Origin: the human T2T-CHM13v2.0 reference genome, Homo sapiens
Direction: 5' to 3' (one strand)
Assembly: GCF_009914755.1 (NCBI RefSeq)
Contig: NC_060928.1
DNA length: 64,000 bases
Each line of letters starts with the position of its first letter. Position 1 is the first letter of the stretch. The notes under the pieces were generated by a model that saw only the letters and a list, made by a program, of their open reading frames with translations, was not told the DNA's origin and did not search any database. The position numbers were made by a program, and so were the translations under genes. Below, piece by piece: positions 15,085 through 30,699 of this stretch.

Positions 15085-16190
15085 CTTTTATTTATTCTGT
15101 GAGTGAACATCAGGTGCCTACTATATATCAGGCACTCTACAAAGATCTAATAATAAAATTGTCAGCCAAAAATACATAATCCCAGGTCTCACAAAATCTA
15201 TTACCAATAATGAGATAATCATAAAATACATATAAAATCAAACATTGATAAGAACTCCCAAGAAGAGGTACATGGAGACAAAATAAGAAGAATGGACCAA
15301 GTAAAGGAGATCAGAGGGTTCATTAAGGATGTGACAATTGAAAGGAAATATGAAGTAAAGATAGGACTTAATCAGGCAACGGTGGGGAATAGGGTCAGGG
15401 GAGGCACTCCAGACTCAAAGATCAACACAGGCAAAGATCCTGTAGCATGTTTTAGTAACTGAAAGTAGGCTAATAAGCCTGGAATGGCACGGAGCAAGAT
15501 AGGCCTCATGAGGGATGGTGCCACAGACCTAAGTAGGCCATGTTAAGGATTTTGGTGATGACAAAAGTAATGAGAGGCCATTAAAGTTTATTACAAAGTT
15601 TTTAAGATATTATTGCTTTTTGGAAAATCACATTATTGTATTTTACATTAATGTTTTTCTTGTATAAATATTAAATATCCTACATGCACTTATTTAACTA
15701 CTAAAATAATTGTGTACTACTAATTTCAAAGGGAATTATTAATATTTATTTACATATATTTTTAAATAAGAATTACTAATCAAGATGTTTTTCAGGTTAG
15801 AATTACCTTCTGGAGGCAGGGAAGACACTATAGACCAATGTTCAGAGGGGGAAGTATGGGTTAAAAATGAAAATGTGCAGGTTATCTACAAATAGACTAC
15901 TGAGAGATTATAGAATAAGAGAAAGACCCAGGGTCAAGACTTTACGAACTCTCAAATTCATAGCCAGATATGGGGTAGAAGCCTATAAAACAGATTAGAA
16001 TGTCAGAGAGTGGTATGTTAGGAAAGCCAAGAGAAGTGAATGTATCTGTCTGGTTTTAAGATTTCAGTACTACTGAAAAGTGGTGAAGTGGACAGAAATA
16101 TGCCCATTATATTAAGAGAAATGGATATTAATTAATTTAGTTGAGGTAAATTAAAGTGCATATAATCCAGACTGCAGAATATTGAGAAAG
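15085..16190 (-). mobile_element. L2 LINE fragments
   Basis: gtgcctactatatatcaggcact and taggccatgttaaggattttgg, typical of reverse L2; fragmentary. Confidence 0.65.
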
Positions 16191-16245
16191 GAAGGGAAAA
16201 GGAGGGGAGAAGAGAGGAGAGGAGAGGAGAGGAAAGGAGAGGAGG
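16188..16245. repeat. (GGAGA)n purine-rich simple repeat
   Basis: Read directly. Confidence 0.9.
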
Positions 16246-16700
16246 TAGAACAGCAATGAACTTCTTTTTAAGAAGTTTAGTTTCAAAAATAGGAAATAGA
16301 GATCTTTTTTATAATTTTATTTTTCTTTTGTTAACAGAAAAGATTCAAAACTATTTAAAGACAACAGGGATCACCTTGTACTTGAGAAAGAGAGATAAAT
16401 AACATAGTGAAATGTGCCAGAAAATACAGAAGGAAATAAGATCTAAAGTATATTTGGAGGTATCAGAATTAGTGAAAAGGAGTGATCTATTCCAAGAGTT
16501 GCAAAGGATTATAAGACAAATCCAGATGTATATAAATTATGAATAAAATATAGTGGAATTGAGAGACTCTCCATCTGATATCTTATTGTTTTTCTCTATT
16601 ACTGCCATCAATAATTCTTCCTACTCAAATTCCCATAGAAATTACTAATAAAATATGCAATTAGAGAAAATCATGTGTTAATGTTGAAGAACAGAAATAG

Positions 16701-18356
16701 TGATGGCAGCAGCTGCTCCAGACAGCCTGTGGCTGCCATCAGGTATGCTGCACCAGGGAGGTGCAGCCAGGACTGCACACTCCATGGAGCCTGCAGGATC
16801 TGGGGACAAGCAGGAGTTCTACCCCTGCTAAGTTGAGGCAGGAGCTCCCTGGGTGCCATTGCAGCTACCCAAACTGCAGCTGCAGAGCCAGTCCTCCTGC
16901 TCCATAGAGCAGGCAGGAGCCCCGCCCCCACCCCCCCCCCCCCCCCCCCGCCCCCAGCACAGCTGCAGCTGTAGCTATCCAAACCCTGGCTGCAGACTCA
17001 GGCATCCCTACACACCTGGGGGCCCAGGAAGGCCCTCATGCCCTCACAGGCTCAGAAACGCCTGCTCCTGCTTCCTGGCTTCTCCCGGCTCTCCACACCT
17101 TCTCCAATTTTGGAGCAAAGTCAGGTGGAGCCTGGGCACCATAAAGGACAGGTGGAGACAGACAGATTCCTGGGTGGAATGGGGCAGGTCTCCAGAGAGG
17201 CCCCACCTTTTTTAGGCCAGGAACGGCCTGAAGGCTGGGCCAGGCTGCCAGTCCTACAAACTAGAGTGGGAACTTGTGGTGCCTCTTCTGGGCTTGCCCA
17301 TGGCTGCCCATGGACCAGTTGGCATGTACTTCCTCCCCTCTGAGGCCCATAAAAGCCCCAGGCTCAGCCAGAGCTGAGCAGATAACTGGACAACCAACTA
17401 CAAAGAGGAGCAACCCTTATTGTTGACAGCAGGAGACGTCAAGATGACCAACAGCAGAGAGGAGCTACCCACTCTAGGACCGCCTATCTGCTGAGAGCTT
17501 CAGAGACCTGCAGAGACATCAGGACTACCAGCTGCAGAGAGGAGCAACCCACTCCAGGGTCTCCTCTCTGCTGAGAGTTGGGAAAACAATGGGATGACCT
17601 GCCTGCAGAGAGGAACTTCCCACTCCAGGGTCTTCTCTCTGCTAGGAGCTGAACACTCATCAGAACGCCCTGACTGTGGAAAGGAGCTATCCCCTGTGGG
17701 TCTCCTGCAAGCGTTCTATTGCTCAATATAACTTCTCTTCATCTTATTCATCTTCCACTTGTCTGTGTACCTCATTCTTCCTGGTCACAGGGCAAGAACT
17801 CAGAACCCACCGAATGGTGGAGTTAAAAGAGCTAGAACACAAACAGGGTTGAAACATGAACTTGTTTACCACCTTGTGGGCAAAGAAAAGGAGAGAAGAG
17901 CTGTGGCCCTTCAGGGATCCCAGACTTGGGAGCTCCCTGAGCCAGGGCTGTGACTCCCTCTTTGGGGTCCTGCAGTGCCTGGCATCTCCAAGCTTCCGGG
18001 TGCCACTGCATGTTCTGGAGCCAGCAGGGGAAGCTGCTTGTGGTGCACCTGGTCCAGCTGCAGCCTCGCAGAGAGCTGACATCCATGTCGGCACTGGAGC
18101 TGCCCACCCTGCTACAGCAGCCAGTATGTCTGACTGTGCAGTATCTGGACCCCACACTTGCTCACACACCCTTTGCTGCTCCACGCCTGACTCTTCCTTG
18201 GCAGGCATGGGATCCAGGCCAGTAGAGTGAGCTGGGCACAGCCTGCCAGGCTGAGTGGGCAGAACCAGCCCAGCGGGCCTGAGCAAAACTCGGGCAAAGG
18301 CACCACCGGCCAGAGGTTTCAGGTCAGAAAAGCAAGACCTCAAAGATCCTGTGACA
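16701..18356 (+). mobile_element. MER52 (MER52A-like) ERV1 solo LTR
   Basis: Starts tgatggcagc, ends aagatcctgtgaca; internal gcagagaggag repeats; 4-bp TSD atag/atgg. Confidence 0.88.
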
Positions 18357-19046
18357 ATGGGATACTGATCTGCTGAAATTTTCAAAGAATTACTCCTTGA
18401 CATAACAGGGACAGCAATAGACTGAAAGGAGGGTAAGAGAGTCAATTCAGGCCTCCTGTTTCCCATCCCCAAATGACTTCCAAGAAAAAATATTGACTTC
18501 AGGAAGTTGAAAGTTTGCCATTCTCTAAAAATGAGGAATTAGTGTGGTATCATTGAAAACAATATACTGGAGTCCGACTAGTATTGAGAGGTCCCAGGTT
18601 TCAGTCCTGGCACCACGCTCAGCACAAACTTAGAAGTATGCATAGTCAACTTTGTTTCAGACATAGAAATCAGACCAAAAGGAGACACTAGGATGTCTGA
18701 ATTTGGGCACTAGAGAAGTAGAAGAGAGGTGGAGGTATAAGGCTTTATGTAGAGCAGAGGAAAGAAATGAAACTCTTCCTAAGTTATTCCTTGCAGCCAT
18801 TCTCCCTATACTCTTCCCCAAAGGCTCCTAGATCTGAAGGAGACTAAAACTCAAGATTGTTCTTAGAAAGATTTATAAAACTGAGATAGTACCACACATT
18901 ATAAAACAATATAAATATATAATATTTAAAACAACATGGCTTAAGCTTAAAAACAGGTGGTAAATTTAATGAAAAAGAAGCTTGCCAGGCTTAAAAATAG
19001 GCATTTAGTGTATAAGCTGGCATTTCAATCAACAGAAAAGGGATTC

Positions 19047-19373
<327 letters not shown>

Positions 19374-20016
19374 AAAGGGATTCAAAAGTTGCCACTACTG
19401 GAATAATCAGTTTTGTATTTGTAAAAATAAATATATAGCATATCTTCATGTTATGTGCCCATGCAAAGTTAAATGTTTAAATGTTAAAAAAAAATCTGGA
19501 ATATTAGAATAACTAAAAGAAAATACAAATGAATATCATGCCTAGAATTTTGTTTTAGGAATATATCATGACTATGTACAAAGAAGTATCTGAGATGATA
19601 TTTATGTTGTTGTTTTATATAATAAGAAAGCCAGTAAAGTCTTTCAAACTGTCTAGAAAGAATTCCTGACAATGTTTTAGAAATTATTCCTAATATAGAA
19701 AAAATAGAATGCTGCAACAAACATTATATAAAGCTGGTATATTTGGTTCTAAAACATGCCTACTGTTTACTAGCAAAAATATTCCTACTACAGCACTTCA
19801 AGTCTTATTATACAGCTACAGTTATCAAGACAGTATGTTATTGGTGAAAAAAAGAAACAAACAGATTGATAGAAAAAAAAATCTAGACACAGATCTTATA
19901 ACCTTCACAAAAAATAGCTCAAAAGAGATCACAGACCTCAGTGTAAAATGCAAAACTAGAAAACTCCTAGGAGATAACACAAAAGAAAATCTAGATGACG
20001 TGTTTGGCAATGACAT

Positions 20017-20800
20017 TGATACAGGAGTGGGGCAGGGAAGTGCTGGGAAGAGAATGGCAGGGCCTATGGTTAGGGTTCCACTCCCAGCCCTGTGTCCACA
20101 GACCTAGGTAAAGACAGGCATTTGTTTTTGTGTCCAAATGTTGCATTTCCCGAGACCACCCTGGCCCACCATGCCTCCAACCTGTGCCTATAAAAACCCC
20201 GAGACCCTAGTGGGAGGAGACACAAGCGGCTGGATGTCAAGAGGAACACAACAGTGGAAGAACACACCAGCAGACACCAGCAGATGTTGGCAGGCCATCA
20301 ACCAATGGAAGAACATGGAGTTTTGCCAGGGTGGTCAGAGGAGAGCCTGGCTGCTGAGCGGCCTGACTCCAGGGGAAAAACCACCTTCCCACTACATCCC
20401 CTTCTGGCTCTCCCATCTGCTGAGAACTACTTCCACGGAATAAAACCTTACGTTCATTCTCCAAGCTCACATGTGATATAATTCTTCCAGTACACCAAGG
20501 CAAGAAGCCCAGGATACAGAAAGCCCTCTGTCCTTGCAATGAGGCAGAGGGTCTAATTGAGCTTATAAACACAAGCCACTTATGGATGGTTAAACTGAAA
20601 GAGCACGCTGTAACACATGCCCAACTGAGGCTTCAGGAGCTTTAAGCATTCACCCCTAGACACTGCCATGCAGTTGGAGCCCCACAACCTGCCCATCTAC
20701 ATTCTCCTCCCAGAGGTTTGAGCAGTGGGGCACTGAAGAAGTGAGCCACTCCTGCTGTTGCACACCCCGCGAGGGGAACAAGGGAATGTTTCCCGTGTCA
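20017..20800 (+). mobile_element. LTR1-family ERV1 solo LTR
   Basis: tgatacaggagtggggcagggaagtgctggg ... cccgtgtca; TATA (ctataaaa) and aataaa; TSD acat/atat. Confidence 0.85.
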
Positions 20801-20956
20801 ATATTTTACATACAACAATATCAAAGGCATAGTCCATGAAAAAACAAACTGAATTTCACTAAAATTAAAAACTTTTGTTCTGCAAAAGACACTGTCAAGA
20901 AAATAAGAAGACTAGCTACAGACTCCAAGAAAACATTTGTAAAAGACATATTTGAT

Positions 20957-21357
20957 TATATTAGTCTGTTCTCACATTGCCATAAAGAACTACCCGAAAC
21001 GGGGTAATTTATGAAGAGCTTTAATTGGCACAGAGTTCCACAGCTGTACAGGAAGCATGGCTGGGAGGCCTCAGGAAACTTACAATCATGGCGGAAAGCA
21101 AAGGGGAAGCAAGCACATTTTCACATGGCCAGCAGGAAGGGGAGAGAGAGAGAGAGCCAAGGGGGAAAGTGCCATGCACTTTTGAAAAACCAGATCTTGG
21201 GAGAATTCACTCACTATCATGAGAACAGCAAGGAGGAAACCTCTCCCCATGATCCAGTTACCTCCCACCAAGCACCAAGCACCAAACCCCTCCTCCAATG
21301 CAGAAGATCATAATTCATCATGAGATTTGGGTAGGAACACAGAGCCAAACCATATTA
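20957..21357 (-). mobile_element. MSTA solo LTR
   Basis: tattagtctgttctcacattgc ... agagccaaaccatatta; gctgtacaggaagcatgg. Confidence 0.9.
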
Positions 21358-21427
21358 CTGACAAAGGAATGTTATACAAAATATACAAAGAAGTCTTAAA
21401 ACTCAACAATAAGAAAATAAAAGATGG

Positions 21428-21736
21428 GGCCGGGAGCGGTGGCTTATGCCTGTAATCCCAGCACTTTGGGAGGCTGAGGCGGGTGGATCACGGGGTCAGG
21501 AGATCAGGACCATCCTGGCTAACATGGTGAAACCCCATCTCTACTAAAAAATACAAAAAATTAGCCAGGTGTGGTGGCAGGCGCCTGTAGTCCGAGCTAC
21601 TCAGGAGGCTGAGGCAGGAGAATGGCGTGAATCCAGGAGTTGGAGCTAGAGTGAGCTGAGATCGCGCCACCGCACTCCAGCCTGGGTAACAGAGTGCTCC
21701 GTCTCAAAAAAAAAAAAAAGAAAATTAAAAAAAAAA
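21428..21736 (+). mobile_element. AluY
   Basis: Full length, A tail, TSD aaaagatgg. Confidence 0.95.
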
Positions 21737-22156
21737 AAAAGATGGGTAAAATACCTGAATAGATAGATACCTTGCCAAAGAAGATTATATAATGGCAAAT
21801 AAGCATATTAAAAGATGTTCCACATCATATGTCATTAGAGAATTGCAAATGAAAACAATAGTGAGATACCACTACCTACTGATCCGAATGATCAAAAAGC
21901 AAAACATTGATAATACCAAATAGTGGTGAGGATGTAAAGCAAAAGTACTCTTATTCCTTGCTGGTGGGAATACAAAATGACACAGCCACTTTGGAAAGTA
22001 TTTTGGCAGTATTTTAACGAAACTAAACATATTCTTCCCATATGACCCAGTGATCATACTCTTTGTTATTTAACCAGATGAAATGAACACTTATGTCTAT
22101 TCAAAAACCTGCACATGAATGCTTACAGGTATCTTGTTCATAATTGCCAAAACTTA

Positions 22157-22496
22157 ATTAGGAGGCCATTAGGCTGACGCAACTCCAGTGCCTATGTAAT
22201 CAAACCAAACCCAACTCAGTGTAAACAGTGAAACAAGACTGAAGCTTAACTAGGCATAGGCCACCAATTAACATTTAACTAGGAACATTCCCCTTTAGCC
22301 AAGCAAATATTTTCATTGTCATGCTTCCATGAACACCTTATATAAGTTTTCACCTCACACCCCCTAGGTGGAGTTCTGAACCACTTCTGGTGTTGTGCTG
22401 CCCAATTCCCAAATCACTGTTTGCTCAAAACAAACAAAAAACAAACAACAAAAAAAACCTCTAACATTTTAATGTGCCTAAGTTTGTCTTTTAACA
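22157..22496 (+). mobile_element. LTR47-like ERVL LTR (5' terminus clipped)
   Basis: ggaggccattaggctga...aaacccaactcagtgtaaac ... ttttaatgtgcctaagtttgtcttttaaca. Confidence 0.75.
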
Positions 22497-23599
22497 GTTT
22501 GCAACAAAAAATAAAGGGTTAAAATCACCATTGCTGCAAATAATACGTGAAAGTAGAATAAGTATATGAAGAGACAGCTTGGGTTTGGAAAAGACTAAAA
22601 ATCTGGAACTTAAGCATGAAATTTTAAACTGCAGAGCATTTGAGGAATGGGGTGATGTTAAAAGAAACCTAGAGGAAAATTTAATGGCTTAAATAACCAT
22701 GATGAAGAGGTGGCAGTGATGAAAGAACTAAACTTTAACACTCATTGCACTGTTAGGTGAAAAAAATAAAGTGATATGGATGACAGCACATAATCAGAGG
22801 TTCATAACTATGCAAAAACATTTTCCAATTAACAACGTACTTTCTCTTAAATCATGTGCAAGTGGGAGAAGTAAAAAGACTAGCGTTCTTACTAGAGAGA
22901 TGAAAACAGATATTTGGTATTCAAAGCATTTTTCACCTGAAAATAGGAATGAATACGAGATGGCTCCTAAGTGTATTTGATCTTCATTGAAACCATGTTC
23001 AAATTGTAGCTTTCAGAATACAAAAGTATCTGAAAGTACTTGTCTGCAGCAAAGAGTAGCCTAATGTCCACTTAGAATTTTTATATTCTGTGTTCTATGG
23101 ATGCAAAATTGGTTTAAAATTAATATGAACTGAAGAACAATTCATTTGTCATTTCGTTGAAATTATGATGAATGAGTTTGAAATATGAATTATAATTGAG
23201 GTAAAATCAATACAATGTTAAAGAGCTATGCTTTCTTTCTCAAACTCATAATGAAATGAAAGGCAAAATGAATATATTCTAATTTTCCATGGTTTATAAT
23301 TCTCACTGAAATTATAAATATATAGTATATATTCATTATGTGAAGAAAAACACATTGCTTAAAACTTTTCAGTCACAAGAGGTTATTAAAGTGATTTAAT
23401 TCATACGTTTGATTGAATAGTAACTAAATATATTTTTCCCCTGGAGTGATTAATGCCTTTTCAAAGCACAATGGAAATGTTTAAAAAAATCATTACATTG
23501 TTCCCTGTCAAAGAAGGATGAGAGGATAATGACCTGTTAACTTTTGTAGTTCTGATTAGATACAGACATGTTAGGACAGAAAATCAACAAATACTGAAA

Positions 23600-24110
23600 C
23601 TAATCATACCAAATAGCTTCAAAAAGGTTGATGTCCCTGAAAGACAAAGAAAGACTGAGGAAGTGTTCTAGATTAAAGGATATTAAAGGAACATGATAAC
23701 TAAATTCAATGGATAATTCTGGGTGTAGAATATTATCAGGGCAATTAGCAAAAGTAAAATAAAGACTATATTATAGATAATAATATGTAACAATAAAAAA
23801 CTTCCTGAATTTGATAATGTTTTATGGTTACAGAGGAAAATTATCTTCATTGTTAGGAGATACATGCGAAAGTATTTGAAGGTAAAAATTATTATATCTG
23901 GTAGATTCAAACGGTTACACAATATATAATTTCCTACGAATATATTCTCCAATAATAATAATAATTTATAAATATATGTGTATCACTGTGTGAGAGAGAG
24001 ACGCCCACACAAAGAGGCAGAAAGGAAGAGTGCAAATGATACAATATATTAACAATTAGTGTTTCAACATTTGGATTTTTCAAAATAAGTGTTGAAACAA
24101 AATTTAAACT
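23600..24110 (+). mobile_element. L1MC4/5-like 3' UTR fragment
   Basis: aaagacaaagaaagactgaggaa, cttcctgaatttgataat, aggagatacatgcgaaagtattt. Confidence 0.75.
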
Positions 24111-24134
24111 GTAAACATGAAGTCACTTTTCTAG

Positions 24135-24554
<420 letters not shown>

Positions 24555-25409
24555 AGGATGCCTCTTTTTAACAATGTCAGTTTCTACTTTAGATGGCTTC
24601 AGATTTATTTTTCACTTCGAGTTTTGTAAAATCTATATTAGTGTGTTGATTGGGTCCTTCTAATCACCGAGTTTATTTGCATAAACTCTATCCACATGTA
24701 CTACAGAGAAGCATTTTCTGTTTCCTCTCTGTCAGTCTTGCTATGTTTCTTGGATATTTCACTCTTTCAAATAATTAGAGAATGATAGTAGAAGCAACAT
24801 TATGCTTCACTTACTAAAGCTCTACAGAGTTATAACACTAGGCCATTCACATCACAATCAGGTAATTAGTAATTGAATTATAGTTTAACTACAGAGAATT
24901 AGCTACAGTGGTTATAGAAGAAAGTTCCACTTTCTCCTCTTCCATCAACCCCCCACTAGTACAACCACCCACTTTCCTGCATCTGCACCCCTATATTATA
25001 TCCCTTTATACTCAGTAGGGTTTTCCCCAGAAGCCCCATTTAAAATTTCAATATTGTTCCTCAGACCTGTGATAGCTTCCTTCTCTGCTTTATTTTTTTC
25101 TATTTATTACAATAGGCATGTTATATATTTTATTTTGTATTTTGCTTTGGTTCTTATCTAGCTTCCTGGAAGCTGTTTTTGTCTATTGGTTCTATAGTAC
25201 TTAGATCTATTCTTGACATAGACATTTGAATTATTTTTCTTTTTTTTTTATTTTTATTTTTTGTAATTCTGGAGACTTTAGGTCTTCACTTATTTTGGGA
25301 CAATCTCAACTAAGATTATTTTGTGCATCTCTTCTCCATTTTCTTTCCTTTTTTCTTGGAACTGCTATTAGGCATGTTTAACCTTCTTAAACTATTCTTC
25401 ATGTATTTC

Positions 25410-27920
25410 TCCAAGGAAACATTTATTAAAAGCATAACATACATATAGAAAATTGCACAAGTATAATTTAATGAATTTTCAAAAAATGAACACTGCTGTG
25501 TAAGCAGCACCCAATCAAAAACAAAGTATCACCAGTCCTCCAAAACGCTCTTATGTTCCCACACCCAGTCACAACTCCCATATGCACTCCTGAGCCTGCA
25601 ATAGCCACAAGAAACTTGACTTCTAACACTATTATTAGATCACCATTGCCTAATATTGAACTTTAGATAAATGGAATCACACAGAAAATTTGCTCTTGAG
25701 TCTGGTTTCATTCATTCAACATTATGCTTGTAATATGGATCCATGTGGTTGCATATAACATTCATGCTCAGTTCTCCTCTTCATTCCATTTTATAAATAC
25801 ACCACAATGTATTTTATCCACTCTATTTCTGATGGCCATTTCTGGGTTGTTTCCAATTCTAGCTATTAAAAATAGTGTTTCTATCCATCATTGCACATGC
25901 CTTTTGGTGCACATATATACACATTCCATTTCATTATATACCCAAAAGAGTAACTGTTGGGTCATAAACTATTTATACATTTAGTTTTACAGAATCTACC
26001 AAGTAAAGCATATGAGAGTTTCATTTTTCTCCACATCTTTTCCAACATTTGGTTGTCTCTCTTTCTCTTTCTCTCTCTCTCTCTCTCTGCATTTTAGCCA
26101 TGCTAATGGGAATAAAGTAGTATAACACTGCTATGGTCAGAATGTTTGTGCTTCACCCAAAAATCATATGTTGAAATCCTACCTCTTGCAATGTGATGTT
26201 ATTAGGAGGTGGTGACTTTGGGAGGTAATTAGATCACGATGGTTGAGCCCTCATGAATGAAATAAGTGCCCTTCTATGAAGAGGCCAGAGAGCTAGCTAG
26301 CTTTCTTTTCATCATGTGAGAAAACAAGAAGTCAGCAGTCTGCAACCCAGAAGAGGGCCCTTACCAGAACCCAACCATGCTCGCATGGATCTCAGATTTC
26401 TAGCAAACTGCGAGAAAAAGAATTCTGTTGTTTATAACCCACCCAGTCTATGGTATTCTGTTACAGCAGCCCAAACTGACTAACAAAAACACTGTAGTTT
26501 TAATTTGTTTATCACTTATAATGAAGTTGAGAACGTTTTCATATGTTAACTTTCCATTTGCATATCCTTTTTTCTTTTTAATGTGCCTGTTCAAGTCTTT
26601 GTCCATTTTTATTGGCTGTCTGCCTCTTTTAAATCTATTTTTAGAACTTCATTTCTAGATTCATTTCTAGATATCTATAATTAGATATCTTCACTCTTCT
26701 CTGTGTCATGCCCTTCCATTCATTTTAATGGTATCTTTTAATCAATAGATACTCTTTATTGAATGTCATTCAATATATCATCTTTTTATTATTAGTTAGC
26801 ATTTTTTGTGTCCTCTCAAAGAAGTATTTCATTAACTTAACCTCATGAAGATAGTCTCCTACTTCTTCTTTTCTAGAATCTTGATTTTTTTTTCATTCTT
26901 AGATCAACAACACATCTGGAATCAATTTTGTATGTAGTGTAAGATAGTACTCAAAATTCTTTTCATTCCATATGGAAACCCAGTTGAATGAGCACTGGTT
27001 ATTGATAAGACCAACTTTCCATTGTCCTACATATTTATGGCTCTATTTGTTACTTGTGCTCTTTTCTCCCATTGGTCTCTTTATTTTTATGTCAATGTCA
27101 TATTGTCTTACTTATATTAGTTTTATATAAATCTTAATATTTGGTATGTAAATTCTCTAAGCTATTTTCTTATTCATAATTGCTCTCATTATCAAATTCT
27201 ATATAAATTTTCATATAAATTTTTAAATCAGCATGTCAATTTTCACACACACATACAATCCGCTGAGATTTTTAATTGGGATTACATTGAATTTATTTAA
27301 AGGTCAATTTTTGGAAAACTAGCATCCATAAAATATTGAATGTATAATCATAATACCTTCTTCTATTTGTTTATATAATTCCTAGTTTTTGTCAATAATT
27401 TTTTGTAGTTGTCAGTTTGGAGGTCTTGTGCATCTTTTGTTAGTTCTTTTTGGTATTTTTTTTTATATCATTGGCATGACATTTTAAAATTTTATTTTCC
27501 AATAATTTGTTGCTGATAGCTATAAATTTTAATTTATTTTTGTTCACTGACTGTGCTAAACTCATTTATTTTCATGTACCTTACCTACAGATTATTTTGG
27601 ACTCTTAAATTTCAAAATGTGTTTATCAGCAGATGTTTGCAATTTTATTTCTTCCTTATTGTATGGACTGAGAACTCCAGTATAGAATTGAATAGCAGTG
27701 GTTATAACTGGCATTCCTGATGACTTCCCAGTGACACACAGAAAATAATTCACCATTATGATTTTTAAAAATTTCTTTATCTGATTATATATTTCTTTCT
27801 ATTCATTTGTTAAGTCATTTACAATAAATGAGCATAAATTTTATCCTTTTATTTCTGAATCTATTAAGATGATCACATAATTTTTCACCATTATTCTGTA
27901 TGCAAATGTGGTAAATTATA
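25410..27920 (-). mobile_element. Old L1M (L1ME/MC) 3' UTR and ORF2 fragment, interrupted by MLT1A
   Basis: T-rich reverse L1 motifs (attgggattacattgaattt, gagaactccagtatagaattgaatag). Confidence 0.82.
26129..26487 (+). mobile_element. MLT1A-type solo LTR
   Basis: tgctatggtcagaatgtttgtg ... gcagcccaaactgactaa; perfect TSD aacac. Confidence 0.9.
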
Positions 27921-28245
27921 ATTTTTTCATGTTTTATTTTTGTTACCCTTGCTCTTCTGAAATATTATCCAGCTTTCAAGCAGTCTTTTACATTTTTCAT
28001 CTCTTTATCTTTTTGAATTGTATTGTAACCGATACCTCACATTTACCTTTACTTCTTTGCTCAGTTGTACCTAGCCACTACAATTTTTTTATTTAAATGA
28101 ATTTATGCACATGTTTATATATAAATTTCGGACGCTTTATTAGCTTTTAATAAACATTTTATTTAGGTATACCTTTAGGTTTATAGAAAAGTAGTAGAAA
28201 GGATATTAGAGAGTTTCTGTATATACTATACCACTTTCTTGTATT

Positions 28246-28708
<463 letters not shown>

Positions 28709-29012
28709 TGATACCATATTACATTTAGTAGATCAGGTCTTTGTGTGGCTTTATACCGCACTCCTTTCTATTGCTGTATAGTATTCCGTTACATAGATGT
28801 ACCAAAATTTGATTTTCCATTCACCTACTGAACAACATCTTGGTTTCTTCAAGTCTTTGGCAATTTTGCATAAAGCTGTTGTAAATATTTGCATGAAGGT
28901 TTTTATATGGACATGAGTTTTCTAATCAGTTGGGTAAACACCTAAGAACACAATCATTGGATTGTACAGTAAAGCTACATTTAGCTCTGTAAAAAATTTT
29001 ATAAAAAGTTTG

Positions 29013-29572
<560 letters not shown>

Positions 29573-29729
29573 TGAATTGAATTATTCTTTAACAGAATAT
29601 TTGCAAGAAATCTAAATGTATTCTTGCATAGGTATATATCAACAGTCATAAAAGATCATATTTATGTCCACTCAATTATAGTACTCAACACATACACCCT
29701 TAAAAAAAGTCATGATTTTTTTCTGCTCC

Positions 29730-30236
29730 TCTGTTTTCTTCAGCTGGAATAGTTTCAGAATTGTATTAGGTTAAGTTCTTTCCCCTGGAAAGCATAACTT
29801 TTTTTGGAAAAGGTTACAGTCTTACTTCATAATGGTTACTCTTCTCTCCCTTGAAGGAAACTTTCCAGGATTCAGGCTAGGAGAACTTGTTGGTGAGCTA
29901 CTAGAGAGAAAGCACATGAATATGTGGGTTAGAAAGCCTGGCGCTTTCTAATTACCAGGCTAGTTCTGGATCAGCCTCCAGCAATTTGTCAAAATTACCA
30001 TTGTACTTATTCCTCTCAGTTGATGGATCCAATGGCTTCAACTCCTGATCTCATTTGCTGTATCACTCTGTATTTGTCTCTATCCAGATTTCAAAGTCGT
30101 GGCTGTTACTGCAACTTGTTTTTAGATGGGTCCAAATGAAGTCATTATTTTTCATTTTGTCCAGATTTTTCTTATTGTAAAGACAAGAGTGATGACTTTC
30201 AAGCTCTTTATATATTAGAGCTGAATCCAGAAGTCT
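29730..30236 (-). mobile_element. Old L1M (L1MD/M4-type) 5' UTR fragment
   Basis: cagcctccagcaattt, gagtgatgactttcaagctcttta...ccagaagtc. Confidence 0.6.
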
Positions 30237-30375
30237 ATTTGGATATTTGAAAAATATATCTGTTCTTTGTGTATATATGCTTTCCAGGTTTTTCCTTCTG
30301 TGTTCTATTATATCATTTGTTTAATCATATGAATCATATATTTCATAAACTCTTATCAGATTCTTTTATCTTATA

Positions 30376-30699
30376 CAGTATTCTCTTGTATCCATAGGGG
30401 ATTGGTTCCAGGAACCCCAGTGCATACCAAAATCCTTAGATGTTCAGGTTCCTGATATAAAATGGCATCATATGAGCATATAACCTATGCACATCCTCTC
30501 ATATATTTTAAATCATCTCTAGATTACTTATAATACCTAATACAATGTGAATGTTATATAAATAGTCATTATACTGTATATTTTTATTTGTATCATTTTT
30601 GCTGTTGAATTGTACTTTTTGATGTTTTTCTCCAATATTTTTGATCCATGGTTGGTGAAATCTGTGGATAAGGAACCCACAGAGACAGAGGGTGAACTG
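30376..30699. mobile_element. MER2 (TcMar-Tigger) MITE, full length
   Basis: cagt...actg termini flanked by TA on both sides; gattggttccagga; tctctagattacttataatacctaatacaatg. Confidence 0.92.

Larger units (their letters stand above)
19790..22156 (+). mobile_element. L1MC1-like ORF2 3' fragment, interrupted by LTR1, MSTA and AluY
   Basis: Collinear L1 pieces resume after each insertion (ccacatcatatgtcattag, cccatatgacccag, gttcataattgccaaaactt). Confidence 0.85.

Noticed and set aside
17744-18472. Longest ORF in the track (242 aa) and overlapping ORFs
   Set aside because: Almost entirely antisense GC-rich MER52 LTR; no recognisable domain
22560-23060. Possible decayed processed pseudogene (protein-like short frames)
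   Set aside because: No parent recognised, no poly(A) or TSD; a BLASTX hit would be needed
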